From the human T2T-CHM13v2.0 reference genome, Homo sapiens: 64,000 bases of DNA. The stretch is taken from the NCBI RefSeq assembly GCF_009914755.1, contig NC_060941.1. One strand, written 5' to 3'. The position numbers and the translations under genes were made by a program. Below are positions 17,772 through 31,704 of this stretch, in pieces. Numbering within the stretch: position 1 is the first letter of the stretch; each line of letters opens with the position of its first letter. The notes beneath the pieces were generated by a model. The model saw only the letters and a list, made by a program, of their open reading frames with translations, had not been told where the DNA came from and ran no database searches.

Positions 17772-18467
17772 AAAGAGGCCAAAGAGACATGACAAGTAAA
17801 TACAATACCTGATCTTAGACTAAATTTTGTACTGGAGTGGTGGGTGGGGCAATGTGATATATGGCCCTGTTAGATCAAATGAGAAAACTGGAATACAAAG
17901 TATAGAGAAAAACATTTGCCGATATTAAATTCACCAACGTTGACAACTTTTCTTGGTTATATAACAGAATATTCCTATTGTTAAGAAATACACACTGATA
18001 TATTAATAGGTCGAAGGCCATGATCTATTTACTTTACCATCAAGTGGTTCAGAAAAGAAATTAGATGTAGCTAGATAGCTATATACATTGACAAATAGTC
18101 TTAATGATAGAACAAATGGGGTAAAATGTTAAAAATAGGTGAATGTGAATAAATGGTAAGTGGGGATTTTCATATTATTTTTATTTCCACAATTTATCTG
18201 TAAATTTCAAGTTATTTCAAAATAAAAAGTTAAAAATATATCACTGATTTGGGTAATTTGTGTTTCTGTTGGCAAAAGGTTGCTTGCTTCTAAAGAACTC
18301 AGCAAATGAATCCCTGGACTTGGGAAATCCACCAGTACTTTTCAAATTATGATGACTTTGCAAATTAAAATTTGGAAGCAAGTTTGGGATTATGTTGAGA
18401 AGGAAAGGCAAAAGGCTAATTTTATTTCCGTTTAAGAGTTACTTGGTTGAAAGAAAAACAAACTCAC

Positions 18468-18552
18468 GTTGGCCAAAAGGAAATTTATTGTAAGTAAAGA
18501 AGGGAAATTTCATGAAAGCCAGCTGTGGGAAGTACTACTGGCATCATGGGAA
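18468..18552 (-). pseudogene. exon relic E20
   Basis: ATCTTTGTAG|TT acceptor, AAC|GTGAGT donor. 85 nt, phase 0-1, FP*CQ*YFPQLAFMKFPFFTYNKFPFGQ. Confidence 0.5.
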
Positions 18553-18899
18553 CTACAAAGATATCAGATGCTTCTCTATCTCTGTCTCTTTCTTTCCTTC
18601 CCTCTCCTATTTAGCCAGTTCTGGTCAGAACTACAGGACAACCAGGTCGAAAAATCTGGCAACTTCTTCAGCAAAAGTGACAAAAACATTTCCAAATAAG
18701 AGCACATGAGCTGTGCAGACACCTCATGTATTTTATTTTATGCTGAAATTAGAGAACAACTGACCTAATATTTGACTAATAACTTCATGAATTTTAATCT
18801 ATAATTAATAATTTATCTTAAGGCCAATATAAGATTAAAAATATTAATGTGAGCAATGATATTCTTAGATTCTCCTTTTATAAATATCACATGGGCACA

Positions 18900-19590
18900 G
18901 AATGGAGAATGGATTTTAGAGAAACGAGAGTGTAGTGGGATATCATTTAGATGATGCTGTCATGGTCCAAGCAAAACATGGTGGCTTGGATGGGTATAAG
19001 AATAGCTGTGGAGATGGACAGAAAAGGGTAGATAAGGAATATCTTTAAGAAGTACAACTGAAAAGTCTTTGTGTTGGGTTGAATGTGAATGTTTGAGGAA
19101 GAGGTTTTCAAGGATGTCTCCCAGGTTTCCAGTAGGAGTGAATGGTAGAGACATTATGGAGATTGAAAACATTAGGGGAGGAGTAATTCTGGGGAGAAAA
19201 AGTCATGAATTCAATATAGGCCTTCTTTTAGTTTGAGAAACTAGTAAGATACAAATGGAGTTCTCAGGTTGCTAGATATATGGGTTCAGGGCTTGGAGCC
19301 CCAAAGAAAGAGCTAGTATAGAGAAAGAATCTTGAGAAAGGTTGATAAGTGTGTGGCATTTGAAGCCAAGGCAATTTATGCAACAACTTCATAAGAAGGG
19401 AAAGAGCCAAACCTTGAAGAACTCCAACATATAAGGAATAGATGGGAAAGAAAGCTCTCCAACAAGAGACTGAAAAAAAAAAAAAAAAAAAAGGTCTTAC
19501 ATGTAGGTGGGAAATTAGTAGAGTCTAATTTTGTCAAATCCACTGGAGAAGGCGAAAAATAAGCTAGTAGTCAACTGTGTCTCATAGTAG
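18900..19590 (-). mobile_element. L2
   Basis: Purine-rich L2 antisense motifs (CAAGGATGTCTCCCAGGTTTC, GAAGAACTCCAACAT). Confidence 0.65.
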
Positions 19591-19609
19591 TGGAACCAGT
19601 AAAATGGGG

Positions 19610-19760
19610 CAGGTATTGTGCTCACCCTCTTTTTGCAAATGAAACAACGGTTGAGGCTCAGAGAGCTTAAATGACCCACTCAAGATCATGGAGCTACTAG
19701 GTAATGAGGCTGAGATTTGGACTCATGTGTCTCTGACTTTAAAGCCTATGCTTTTAAGCA
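19610..19760 (-). mobile_element. MIR
   Basis: TGAGGCTCAGAGAGCTTAAATGACCC. Confidence 0.65.
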
Positions 19761-19928
19761 TTGCCTCATTCATTTCATCAACAAAGATTGATTTCATACT
19801 TACTACGCATAAGGAAGCCTGAAGATAATGTAACTAATAGGGCCTATATGATTTAGAGCCTGTACTCACTGAATGCAATTTGTTGCCAATTGAAAGTTGT
19901 GATTCCTGGGAATGGGTAAAAAAGGCTA

Positions 19929-20551
19929 TGTGAGTTTTCTATTGCTGCACACCGAATTGCTGCAAACTCACCACATGAAACAACTTCCAATTATCATCTC
20001 CCAGTTATATAAATGAAAAGGGTGGGTGAGAGGTTCTGACTGGGTTCTATGCTTAGAGTTTCACAAGACTGAATTCAAGGCTGGCCTGGACTCTTCCCTG
20101 GAGACCTGGGGAAGAATCTATTTCCAGGTCCATTCAGGGTGTTGGCAGAATCCAGTCCCTTGCTGCTGTAGGACAGAGAACCCCATTTCCTTACTTGCTT
20201 TCAGCTGCGAGCCTTTCTCAGCTTTTAGAGGCCCCTTGCAAGCTCTTTGCCATGGACTTTCTCCCAGACCCTCTCATCAGTTAAGCTTAACTTTTCAAGG
20301 CTGGTAGCAGGATCTCTCAAATAGAATCCTCCTGAAATTTATAATCGTTTGACTTCTCTTTTGCTATTAGCCATCGAAATCTCCATACTTTTAAAGGGCT
20401 AGTGTGATTAATTCAGGCTCAACTGCATAATCTCTCTCTCTTGCCTTATAACCGCTCATCATATTCACATGTTCCACCCACATTCAAATGGCTGGGGATT
20501 GGATTATACAAGGGTTAGGGTCACTGAGGGTCAATCTTAGAATTCTACCAC
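19929..20551 (-). mobile_element. MLT1E-like LTR
   Basis: GGGGAAGAATCT...TTGGCAGAATCCAGTCCCTTGCTGCTGTAGGAC...ATCTTAGAATTC. Confidence 0.75.
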
Positions 20552-21115
20552 CGAGGCATAAAGCCCTTGTTGCTTCCTTCTTCCCAAGCTCTCTGTTCTC
20601 CCATTTAAAAATTTCATAGTTGGAGAGAGAAGAATGCATATAGGTGATTAGTCCATTGATTTGACAGTAATACAATCAGCACTCTAAAAAAAAATTGCCT
20701 AGTATCTTTTCTCTGGGAACCAGCTTTCAAAGTGGAAAAAGCTAAGATGATTCTACAGCAGTGGGAATGTGCTTCATTTCCCCAAGATACCACAGCTGGG
20801 AAGCTCAGCTGCCTTTCTGGGAAGAGAGACTGCTCTGTTCTGCATGGAAGGCCAGCCACGAGGGAGCACATCCATGTGAGAATCTGAGGAAACAGTGCAA
20901 CGCCATCAACATGGCATCAAATTCTACCACAGCTGCTTTGTTGCCTCTCCCAGAAAGATCAAGACAGACCACTGTCCAGAGAGAGAGAGAGGTGATTAAG
21001 GGGATAATAATGCTCTGGGTATGAGCAACACCAGGGACTTACTGCCCAAACTCTCAGTGAGTTTTCAGCTTACAGCTTTTTGAGTTGTACCAAGATGTCC
21101 TTTCTTTGGAAAAAG

Positions 21116-21116
21116 C

Positions 21117-21154
<38 letters not shown>
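21116..21154 (+). repeat. (GA)n microsatellite
   Basis: Directly visible. Confidence 0.9.
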
Positions 21155-21155
<1 letters not shown>

Positions 21156-21869
21156 TGAACAATGCATTTAAGAAGGCTGCCAGCCTCTGAGAATCTGGGG
21201 CCTGGACTCTTGGCTTTCAGCTGAAAAGCCTTCAAAAGGCCAGGGAAGCGTTAGTGAAAATGAATGGAAAGCCTCTGACAAGCATGCTATGTGCTGCGGA
21301 AATTGCAAACAGACTTGGCATGCTTGCTCAGGAGCCCAACAGAATCTGAACATCACTTGGTATTATAAGTCATGGGACAGCAGGCACTTGTTTCACTGGA
21401 ATGGGCTTTCACATTAAAAAAAAAGAAAAAAGATCACCATCTGTCTTTTTTTTTGGGGGGGGGGGTGTAATTTAGTGCCCCAGGGAGGGACTTTGTCATT
21501 GTGTCTGTGTCCTGCACCTCTTTTGTAGTACAGAAGAGTCATGCAGCAGAATCAGTAGCTGTCTTGAAGTACTGAACAATGGAGAGAAGCAGAAGTCTTT
21601 ACATGAAGGGTGTTTGGATAAGAGGGCTTCAATATAGACAGTCAGGCCTGGGTTCAAACCTTTATTCTGTCATCTACAATCTGGGTGATCTTAAACATGT
21701 TGCTTTGTCTTTGTGATTCCCAATTAGCTTCCCTGTGTTCCAGTTTCTCATCAGTAAAATGGGTGGCGGGGGATGAAATAATGTCTATGAGCTATGAAAA
21801 TAAACTGACATAGAGAAAGCATTCAATAAATAGTAGAATCTCAAATGTAGATAGTATCCCATCCTACAT

Positions 21870-22970
21870 TCAAAGAACCTGTTGGCTGCCTACGCAACAC
21901 CTGTTCCTCCTACTTTCTTCATGGCTGGCAAAACTTGTCTTCCAGTAAATATAATGAAAAGGCAAAACCACTTGTTTTTCTAGCTTCTCCTCTTACAGTC
22001 AGGACATGGGCCTGTTACCTGATTCTGGCTTGGATCCGCTACAGCCACCTTGAAATTTTAAGGGATGACACAGTGGTCTGCAGAACAAGGAAAAATGGAA
22101 AAAGGGAAAGCTTAATGTTCCATGACATTGCAGAACTGCTGAATTAATCCTGGAACTTCCTTCCTGTATTAGTCAGGATTGGCTGAGATACTCCAAAGAA
22201 ATAAGCAAGCCCTGTATCTATAGTGGTTTATAAGAGCAATTTTAATTTCTTGCATACACTATATGTACAGTGTGGACTGAATAGGGGATTTGTTCCACTT
22301 TTCCTCACTCTGGAGGCCAGGTAGATAGAAAAACTGCATCTTAAGCATTGTAGAGTATCGTTTCAGAGGAACAAAGCCATCTCTAGAGGGTCTATAAGAA
22401 TCCTCTAAATTGTCTTCCTGTCTCCAGTTTATTCCTTGTTTAATCTGCTGGTGGACTGACTTCTCCAAAATTCCACTTTCCACTCTTATTAGACAGTTGC
22501 TGCTGTAGCAATGCTGTGTGTGTAACAACCACCCCCAAACTTCAGTGGCTTACAATAATGAATGTATTTCTTACTCACTCATAGGTCTGTGAGTCAGTAG
22601 CGGTCTTGGAGGGCTTACCTAGGATTGCTTACCTGTGCTTGACTTCACATATGTATTGAATTCAAGTCTGCTCCCTGTAGTTCCTTATTTGTGGATCAGC
22701 TGTTACCTAGTATATGTTCTTCTCATGGCTAAATAAAGACATGCAAACAAACCAATCCATGCACTCATGTGAACATCCCTGCTGGTATTCATGGAGTTAA
22801 CATTTCACTGGTCAATTCCCGTGACCAATCCCAAAGTAAAAATGGCAGGCATAATTATGCTTTTTTCTCTACTGGGAGGCACTGATAAGTCATGTGGAAA
22901 GTGATGTGGATATAAAATTTTAATACAAAGAGGAAGTAAGAATTAACACAAAATTGCAATCTACCATACA
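21870..22970. mobile_element. Cluster of old MLT1 (H-K type) fragments
   Basis: CCCAAACTTCAGTGGCTTACAA and TGTTCTTCTCATGGC motifs, heavily diverged. Confidence 0.5.
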
Positions 22971-23357
22971 TGTGCCAGTCAACTGATCACAATCTTCAAT
23001 GGATCTATCTCTCTGGCAAAACAAAGGTGAAGGTCCTAAATTGGGCATTCGAGACCTTCTGTGTTCTGGCTTTTTCCTTCTCTCTATCATTTTCTCCCAT
23101 GCCTCCTTATTCAAACCAAACTGGTTTATTTTATTAATTCCTAATCATCCATGTGTGGCCATTTTTTAATTGTTTTTACATTTTTCCATGGAAAAGTCAT
23201 ATTCTTCTTCCATACCTCAACCTAAAGCCCAAGATACCCTTCTATGCCTTCAGTCTCCTTGTGTTTCTGCACCATAGCATCCGTTTGGACTGTTTGTTTG
23301 GTGCTTAGCATTTGTGATCTTGGATAAATGGTTCTTTAACCCACGTAGAAACAAAAC

Positions 23358-23533
23358 CTTTGAAGCATACAGAATATCCTGAACACTTGGAATTGAAATT
23401 CTTGGCTTTACTAAAGGGGAATATTCACAAGCATGCGGGCCAGTAATCATTTTCACTTCCTTGAGATATAAACTTTCAGTGGTAACAGGACCTTCTTTTT
23501 CATTAGCCATGGATATTTGGAATCCTTGGGTAA
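23358..23533 (-). pseudogene. exon relic E19 (fully open)
   Basis: TTTTGTTTTATTTCAG|TT acceptor, weak AAG|GTTTTG donor. 176 nt, phase 1-0, TQGFQISMANEKEGPVTTESLYLKEVKMITGPHACEYSPLVKPRISIPSVQDILYASK. Confidence 0.6.
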
Positions 23534-24048
23534 CTGAAATAAAACAAAATGCAATCCTGTTCTTATAATCTTTGGAGATCTAGTTGATTGTGCAACATTT
23601 GATTGAATAGGAGCCTCTCTTCCACGGAAATAGATGAACAATGCTAATAAAAAGAAAAAACCTTTTCCCATTACAGTATTTTATTTACATTTCAGTCACC
23701 TCCCAATACCCAGAAAAAGAGGGTTGTTGAAAAATGTTAGGCCACCTCTGCTACCTTTATCCTTAACATGGAAATCGTTGCCATAGGAGGGGACTTTCCA
23801 TATTTCACTGTGAACATTCTTTGTCTAGAAACATTTATCTCCACAATTTGGCTTTAGGAAAGCTCCTTTATGTATGTCTAGCATCAATTGGTTAGTGTTC
23901 AAATACTTAAAATTACATAGACTGGGCATAGCTATCATTGGCAAGGGAAATGGCATTCGAGAAAGAGAATTTAATGTATCCCAGGGTAGCTGTCTTGATA
24001 ATGAAGAGAATGTTAAGTCTTGCAGTATTGCTTAACCCTGAAGGAGTT

Positions 24049-24555
24049 TGTGTTAGTCAGGGCTCTTAGGAGAAACAGAGACAATGGGATGTGCGTGTAT
24101 GTGTGTGTGTGTCTGTGTGTCTGTGTGTGTATAACCACACATAATAGGATCTATATCTATACCTGTATCTATCTATATCTATAGAGAGAGGTTTATATTA
24201 AGAAATGGGCTCACACAGTTTTGGAGGCTGGCAAGTCCAAAATCTGCAGGGCAGTCTGGCAGGCTGGAAATTCTGACAGGGACTGATGTTGTAGTCTTGA
24301 GTCCAAAGGCAATCTGGAGGCAGAATTCTTTCCTTTTTGAGGGACCTTAGTCCTTTCCCTTAAGGCCTTCAACTGGTTGGATGAGGCTCACTCACATTAT
24401 GGAGGGTCATGTGCTTTGTTCAAGGTCTAATTACATCTGATTTAATATTAATGACATCTAAAAAAATACTGTCACAGAAACATCTAGACTTATATTTCAA
24501 CGAACAATGGGATACCATGGACTACTCAGGTTGACACATAAAATCAATCATCACA
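24049..24555 (-). mobile_element. MLT2C/D LTR
   Basis: TGTGTTAGTCAGGG...AGAAACAGA, internal TG/TA repeat, GGCAAGTCCAAAATCTGCAGGGCAG, TTGACACATAAAATCAATCATCACA. Confidence 0.85.
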
Positions 24556-25423
24556 CAGCTTTAATCCTAGATTCCTGATATTGAGTCAGTAAGTTCAGAA
24601 TTAAACACCTGGACAACTTTCAAGGCAGGAGAATATAAGTTTGCTAGGACTCTGACAACCCTGCTCTGGCGTATACTCTCTGTATTCCAATTCCAAATGC
24701 CCGGTTTTGAGAATAGCTATTCTGAGAGCTATATATAATTTACTTTATCTTTTATTACTTCCTAAAAAACTGTGTTTTAAGAATATCTTCACTGGCTTCG
24801 TTTGCCACCTCCTTTTTTCCCCTGCTTTGTCTATTCTGATAATAATCTTAAGTCATTCCCAATAATCGTGTTTTTCTAATTTGATTCTAACTTTTCTATA
24901 GATGGGAACTATAGCCTTTACCTTTTTATACAGCCTGTGAAATGAAGAGGTGCTTGTTAATAAGTTATGTCTATTAACAATGTCTTTGCACAATTAATAT
25001 TCTGAAAGGTTGACAATTTGTTTAAGGGGAACTGGGGAAACACTTGCAAGGTAAGATTTGGGAATAGGAAATTTCTAAAATTAATACAAATTAGGTGACT
25101 TTAGGTGAAGTTCAAGTCTGTTTATTAAATTATAATTAAAGGAAGGAAATATTTTATTTCAAATAAATGATAAATAATAACTTTGCTCTAATAGCATACA
25201 TTTTAAAGTAGGATGATACTCCAAAGAGCATATAGCCACTGTGCAAGGGTGAAATGAATAGAAACTTAACATATATTTTAAAATTCTTTATTTCTCAAGT
25301 TATTAATATATTTGCATATTCTCTCTTTTCCAAGACCTTGTAATACCTAAACACTGTGCATTAATTTGGTCAGAAAATCAGTGTGCACAATATTTTATAT
25401 TTCTTTTCCTTAAACCAACTTAC

Positions 25424-25452
25424 TTATGACCCTAACCTCATCTTGCCCTTTG
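25424..25452 (-). pseudogene. exon relic E18 (29-nt)
   Basis: TATTTTTCTTTAG|C acceptor, TAA|GTAAGT donor. Phase 2-1, KGQDEVRVI. Confidence 0.55.
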
Positions 25453-25469
25453 CTAAAGAAAAATAATAT

Positions 25470-25638
25470 AGGTGGGGGGCTAGGGGAGGGATTGCATTAG
25501 GAGAAATACCTAATGTAGGGGATGGGTTGATGCGTGCAGCAAACCACTGTGGCACCTGCATACCTATGTAAAAAGACTGCACGTTCTGCTCATGTACTCC
25601 AGAACTTAAAGTATAATAAAAAAAATTAAAAAAAAAGA
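25470..25638 (+). mobile_element. L1PA7/8-type 3' end (5'-truncated)
   Basis: GGGGGGCTAGGGGAGGG...CAGAACTTAAAGTATAATAAAAAA. Confidence 0.9.
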
Positions 25639-26377
<739 letters not shown>

Positions 26378-27304
26378 CTATTCTCTTCTTCCCTCTTCTT
26401 ATCCACATTCATTAGCATTGCGTAAAGATGCCAAGGTCAGCACAGCATCCAGTGGACGTGGAGAAAGGAAATAGATAGTTCCTTCTCCTAATCAGTCAAT
26501 ACTGGTTACCCCCAAGATACCTTTTATCCCAGCCTCTATGTTCCTTCAGAGCTTGTCCTCTGCTATTTCTGTGCCACATTGGGACACAGGCATCTTTTCC
26601 AAGGCTTGTAGACTCTCCACCTTGGGCCTAACATTCCTAAGACACTCTAAGTTACACCCTCTGAGGTCTCGCTGTCTAACAAGCAGTGCCCAAGCCCAAC
26701 CACTCAGTGGACTGTCAAGTGGACTGAGAAGTGATCTCATCTCCATTTGGGTGAATTTGCCTTCTCTCTTCTTATCACTAGCCTTCTGTCTCTGTGCCCA
26801 TCAGGTTGAGAGCCTCTAACAAAGTCTCATCATATATTCCAGGCTTTACAAACATAAGAATCTGTCAGGAATTATCTGCTGGTAAGAGAGATTGAAATGG
26901 GCCAAGCTGCCCTGCTGGAATAAGGAAGAAGAAACTTTGGGGAGAATTAATTTGAAATGAGTTTATCTTGTGGCACATGGTACATGCTCTGGTACATTCA
27001 AGTCGTTTCTGCTTTATTCATTTTCCCTGCTAGACTGAAAACTATGACAGGTCTGTATAGTTAGTTCCTTCTAACTCTGTACACATGATCATACGTATGG
27101 CAAGCTCTCAGGAGATATTGTTGAATGACTTAATGCAGGAAAGGAACAAAGCATGGGAAGTAATCTAGAAATAGAACCATCATTGGCCAACAAAATCCCT
27201 TGGGGAGCTTTTACAGATTTCACTTCTGGGCCTCATGCCTGAGGAGTCTGATTTAATAGGAATTGAGGTGGGGCCCAGGAATCTGTATTTGCACAACAGC
27301 CTAG

Positions 27305-27513
27305 CAGAGCTGTTCAAAGGAAAGAATACAGTCATAGGTTCTTAGTTTCTGTTTTTGATTGGGCCAGTAAAGCCCCTTCCTCATCCCTCTTTTCCATTTA
27401 TCACCAGAGACAGGAACTAAAAACCATGACTTCAAGCTGCTAAAAGCCTAAAACAAAACAAAACAGAACAACAATAACAATAACAACAAAATAAGGCAAG
27501 TTGGACAAGCTTG
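27305..27513. mobile_element. hAT-Charlie MITE (MER107/MER30-like)
   Basis: Terminal TTGGACAAGCTTG, internal GGGCCAGTAAAGCCCCTTCCTCATCCC. Confidence 0.6.
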
Positions 27514-27897
27514 CAGGGATTTCCAGTTAAATCACTAATATAAAATAATAATTTCATTTTACAGAAGAGAAAAATGAGGTCCAAAAAGGTTAAGTAACTT
27601 AGCAGACATGTGACAAAAATGAGAAATGGATCCAGGTTTGATTTACATTCATTTTTAATAAATATATTATTTTTGTTACAAAGATAATACATCTTTATGC
27701 TAAAAAATTGAAATAGTACATAGACTTGCAGGGTGAAAAGTAACTTTCCCTCTTCATCTCTCAGCTTCCCATTTTCACCCAAAGAGCTAATCACAAATTG
27801 TGTTTTTTATCTTTTCAGACATTTTATATACAAAGGTAAAAAATGCACATGCAGTTGTAAATCATGTTTTACATAAATGAGATTATAGTGTGCCTAG

Positions 27898-28281
<384 letters not shown>

Positions 28282-28432
28282 TAGATCTACTTCATTTCCA
28301 AAATAAATTTCTCTTTTTTAAGGTGTGAAAGCATTAGATAAAGCGGATATCTATTCTCTGACATTTTTCAAATATAGGCTGGCTATCAAATATAGGTTTA
28401 CTTATATTTGTTACCAATGAAAATATCTATAC

Positions 28433-28838
28433 CTCATGTTCGTCCAGGTTTCCTTGCCAAATTTTTAAAGACTTTCAATTTTGAACAAATTTTGTAGAGT
28501 CTCTTTCAGTTTGGGTTTGTCTGATGTTTTCTCCTGTTTGGAGTGAAGTTATTCACTTTTGGCAAAATATTACACAAACGATACTGCGTTCTAAGCATGA
28601 ATTAATAAGAGGTTCATGATGTTGACTTGTCTTGTTGCTGGTGATGTTGACCTTGATCACTTGGTTAAGGTAATATCTGCTGGGTATACCGATTGTAAAG
28701 TTACCATCTTACCTTTTTGGTCTTAATAAATACCTTTGAAGGAGGTACAGTGAGACTATGTAAATCCTGTTTCTCCTAAAATTTTTGCTCACCAAATTTA
28801 GCATTCATTGGTCTTGGCACATTTTTAGCTGGAGTCAC
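28433..28838 (-). pseudogene. exon relic E17 interrupted by an L1MC/MD-derived insert
   Basis: TTCATCTTGAAG|GT acceptor, GAG|GTATAG donor. Removing the insert and one TSD copy gives 46 nt, phase 1-2, GDSS*KFGKETWTNM. Confidence 0.45.
28468..28812 (-). mobile_element. Internal L1MC/MD 3' UTR fragment flanked by a 15-nt direct repeat
   Basis: TTTGGGTTTGTCTGATGTTTTCTC and GATGTTGACCTTGATCACTTGGTTAAGG motifs. Flanks CTTGCCAAATTTTTA and CTTGGCACATTTTTA. Confidence 0.7.
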
Positions 28839-28987
28839 CTTCAAGATGAAATATATTCAAATAACTCATTTGCCAGATTGTATTTAGTATATTTTACAAT
28901 TTTTAGTGCCACGATATGCTAGATTTTGTGGAATTTTTTTTTCTTTGAACAGAGAAATTTTATAGAAACAAGTATTAAAAAATATTA

Positions 28988-29297
28988 GGCTGGGTGCAGT
29001 GGCTCACGCCTGTAATCCCAGAACTTTTGGAGGCTGAGGCGGGTGGATCCCGAGGTCAGGAGATCGAGACCATCCTGGCCAACATGGTGAAACCCTGTCT
29101 TTACTAAAAATACAAAAATTAGCTGGGCATGGTGGCGCATGCCTGTAATCCCAGCTACTCAGGAGGCTAAGGCAGGAGAATCATTTGAACCGGGGAGTCA
29201 GAGGTTGCAATGAGCCGAGATCGTGCCACTGCACTCCAGCCTGGCAACAGAGTGAGACTCTGTCTCAAAAAAAAAACAAAACAAAACAAAAAAAACC
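28988..29297 (+). mobile_element. AluSc-like
   Basis: CCAGCCTGGCAACAGAG, GAGATCGAGACCATCCTGGCC. Confidence 0.92.
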
Positions 29298-29777
29298 ATA
29301 TATATATATATGTGTATATATATATGTATATATATGTGTATATATGTGTATATATATATGTATATATATGTGTATATATATGTATATATATGTGTATATA
29401 TGTATATATATGTGTATATATGTATATATATGTGTATATATGTATATATATGTGTATATATATGTATATATGTGTATATATATGTGTATATATGTGTGTA
29501 TATATGTATATATATGTGTATATATATGTGTATATATGTATATATATGTGTATATATGTGTATATATATGTGTATATATATGTATATATATGTGTATATA
29601 TGTATATATATGTGTATATATATGTATATATATGTGTATATATATGTATATATATGTGTATATATGTGTATATATGTATATATGTGTATATATGTGTGTA
29701 TATGTGTATATATGTGTATATATGTATATATATGTGTATATATGTGTATATATGTGTATATATGTGCATATATATAA
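29298..29777 (+). repeat. ~480-nt (TA/TG) alternating purine-pyrimidine simple repeat
   Basis: Directly visible TATATG/TATATATGTG units. Confidence 0.97.
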
Positions 29778-30358
29778 AAAACATGACAACTAACATGTAT
29801 TTAGTGCTTTCTATAGGTACTATGTTAAATACTATACATTATTATTGCACTTAAGAATCATATTAATCTTGTTAGTGATTATTATAAATCCATAAAATAG
29901 ATGAAGAATTTGAGACACAAGAAAACTCCCCCAAAGTACACTGCTACAGCATTGCACAACACAGATTGGAGCCTGACTCCTTTTACCGCAGAGCTTCATT
30001 GCATCAATAGTACTCAATTCTGTCTTTGTGTATAGCAAGTGAGAATTAGTGTGACAGATTCTTACAGAAATAGCAGTTTGAAATTGATTTTAGCAGCATA
30101 TTACATTACTACAGCATAACAAGTATGACCATAAAAATAACTTTCCTTTAGATTCTTAGATAATCCTCTTCAATATATCATTTTCTCCTTGTAAAGACGG
30201 TTTTAGTCTATTTAATGCTGTAGCAAAATATGTCTGCTATTTAGCATTGATCTTCTCATAAAATGCTCATGCACTTCGATGATGACGTATGTCAGAGCAA
30301 AAGTCCCCAGCCATTTAGTGTTCATCACAGCCTGCTAGATTGGCCTCAGTTGGCACAC

Positions 30359-30439
30359 CTGTATGGTTCCTCTCATGGGAAATAGGAAAGAACTCTGAGG
30401 AGGACTCTTTCATTACCCAAAAGAGAAAATGTAGGATTC
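30359..30439 (-). pseudogene. exon relic E16 (fully open)
   Basis: Branch point CTAAC plus TCACATATCTTTCTAG|G acceptor, CAG|GTGTGC donor. 81 nt, phase 1-1, ILHFLFWVMKESSSEFFPISHERNHT. Confidence 0.55.
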
Positions 30440-30754
30440 CTAGAAAGATATGTGAGTTAGTATAAAATTTGTCTATGAGTGACAGATAATTCCAAATAAA
30501 GTGGCTTTAAGAAGAAAAGAGCTTATTTCTCCCATATAAATAATGCTTGAGGGTGAGTGGGTTAGGACAATATGGCTGCTTTTCTCCATGGAATCTTCAG
30601 ATGTAGGTTTCTTCCAGATCTCTGATCCCTTGTCCCAAGCCTTTGTCTTCATGTTCCAGAATATCAGTGTCTGTGTCCCAGTCAGCAGACTGGAAAAGAA
30701 GAGAGCAAGGGGTTCATTCATCTATCGACCATTCTTAGGGAAGCTTCCTGCATT

Positions 30755-31450
30755 CTTTTTTTAAAAAATAACAAATAGCTTTATTGAGGTGTATATTGAG
30801 CTTTATTGAGTTTGAGTTTAATTGATAAAGAACTTCACATATTTAATGTGTACAATTTGCTGAGTTGGGACACATACCGTCACCACAATCAAAGTGACAA
30901 TCTGACTCTGTGTCCCCACCCAAATCTCATCTCATTGTAATCCCCATAATCGCCACATGTCGAGGGAGGGACCTGGTGGGAGATGATTGGATCTTGGGGT
31001 AGTTTCCCCCATGCTGTTATCATGATAGTGAGTGAGTTCTCACGAGATCTGATGGTTTTATAAGTGCTTAACAGTTTCTCCTTCACACATGCTCTCTCTC
31101 TCCTGCCACCATGTAAGATGTACTTGCTTCTCCTTCACTTTCCGCCATGATTGTAAGTTTCCTGAGGCCTCCTAGCCGTGCTTTCTGTTACACCTGCAGA
31201 ACTGTGAGTTGATTAAACCTCTTTCCTTTACAATTACCCAGTCTCAGGAAGTATTCTGTATAGCAGTGTGAAAACAGACTAATAAACAAGGTAATAGAGT
31301 TTCATTGTGTTCCCCCTCATTTTTGTGGTAAGGACACTTAAGATGAAATCTACTCTCTTAACAAATTTGAAGAACACAATATTATATTGTTAACTATGGA
31401 CACTACGCTGTACAGCAGATCTCTAGAACTTACTCGTTTAACAATCTGGT
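30755..31450 (-). mobile_element. L1MA9-like 3' end, split by MSTA/THE1D
   Basis: GTGGTAAGGACACTTAAGAT, CAGCAGATCTCTAGAACTTA. Confidence 0.75.
30895..31287 (+). mobile_element. MSTA/THE1D solo LTR
   Basis: TGTGTCCCCACCCAAATCTCATC...GAGTTCTCACGAGATCTGATGG...AACAGACTAAT. Confidence 0.88.
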
Positions 31451-31704
31451 TCATATCAGAGAGTGCATTCTGCTTTTTCCTTTTAATTGACCATAACTGG
31501 CTGCAAGGATCATGGAATCTCTATTATGAATGGCCCATGTCGAGCCAAACATACTATTACAATTAAAGAAGAGGGAAATGAGTACCGTGGGTCCAATATC
31601 ATTGTCTGCTGTAGGATAATAGAATACAATTACAATCTGGGAAGGAAGTTATGGAAAAAAGGAAATAATTTATTAAGCACTGAATATGGCATGTAATAAA
31701 CCAG

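Noticed and set aside
24620-24934. Strong minus-strand acceptor CTCTTCATTTCACAG at ~24935 as an additional exon
   Set aside because: No donor gives a frame compatible with E18-E19, and there are several stops. It remains a possible decayed exon but is unsupported.
26538-26819. Overlapping 93-aa and 66-aa ORFs
   Set aside because: No splice signals or recognisable motif. Probably an old repeat or neutral DNA.
29167-29854. Five long overlapping ORFs (155-214 aa) rich in Y/I/H/C/V/M
   Set aside because: Translation artefacts of the stop-free TA/TG repeat plus Alu.
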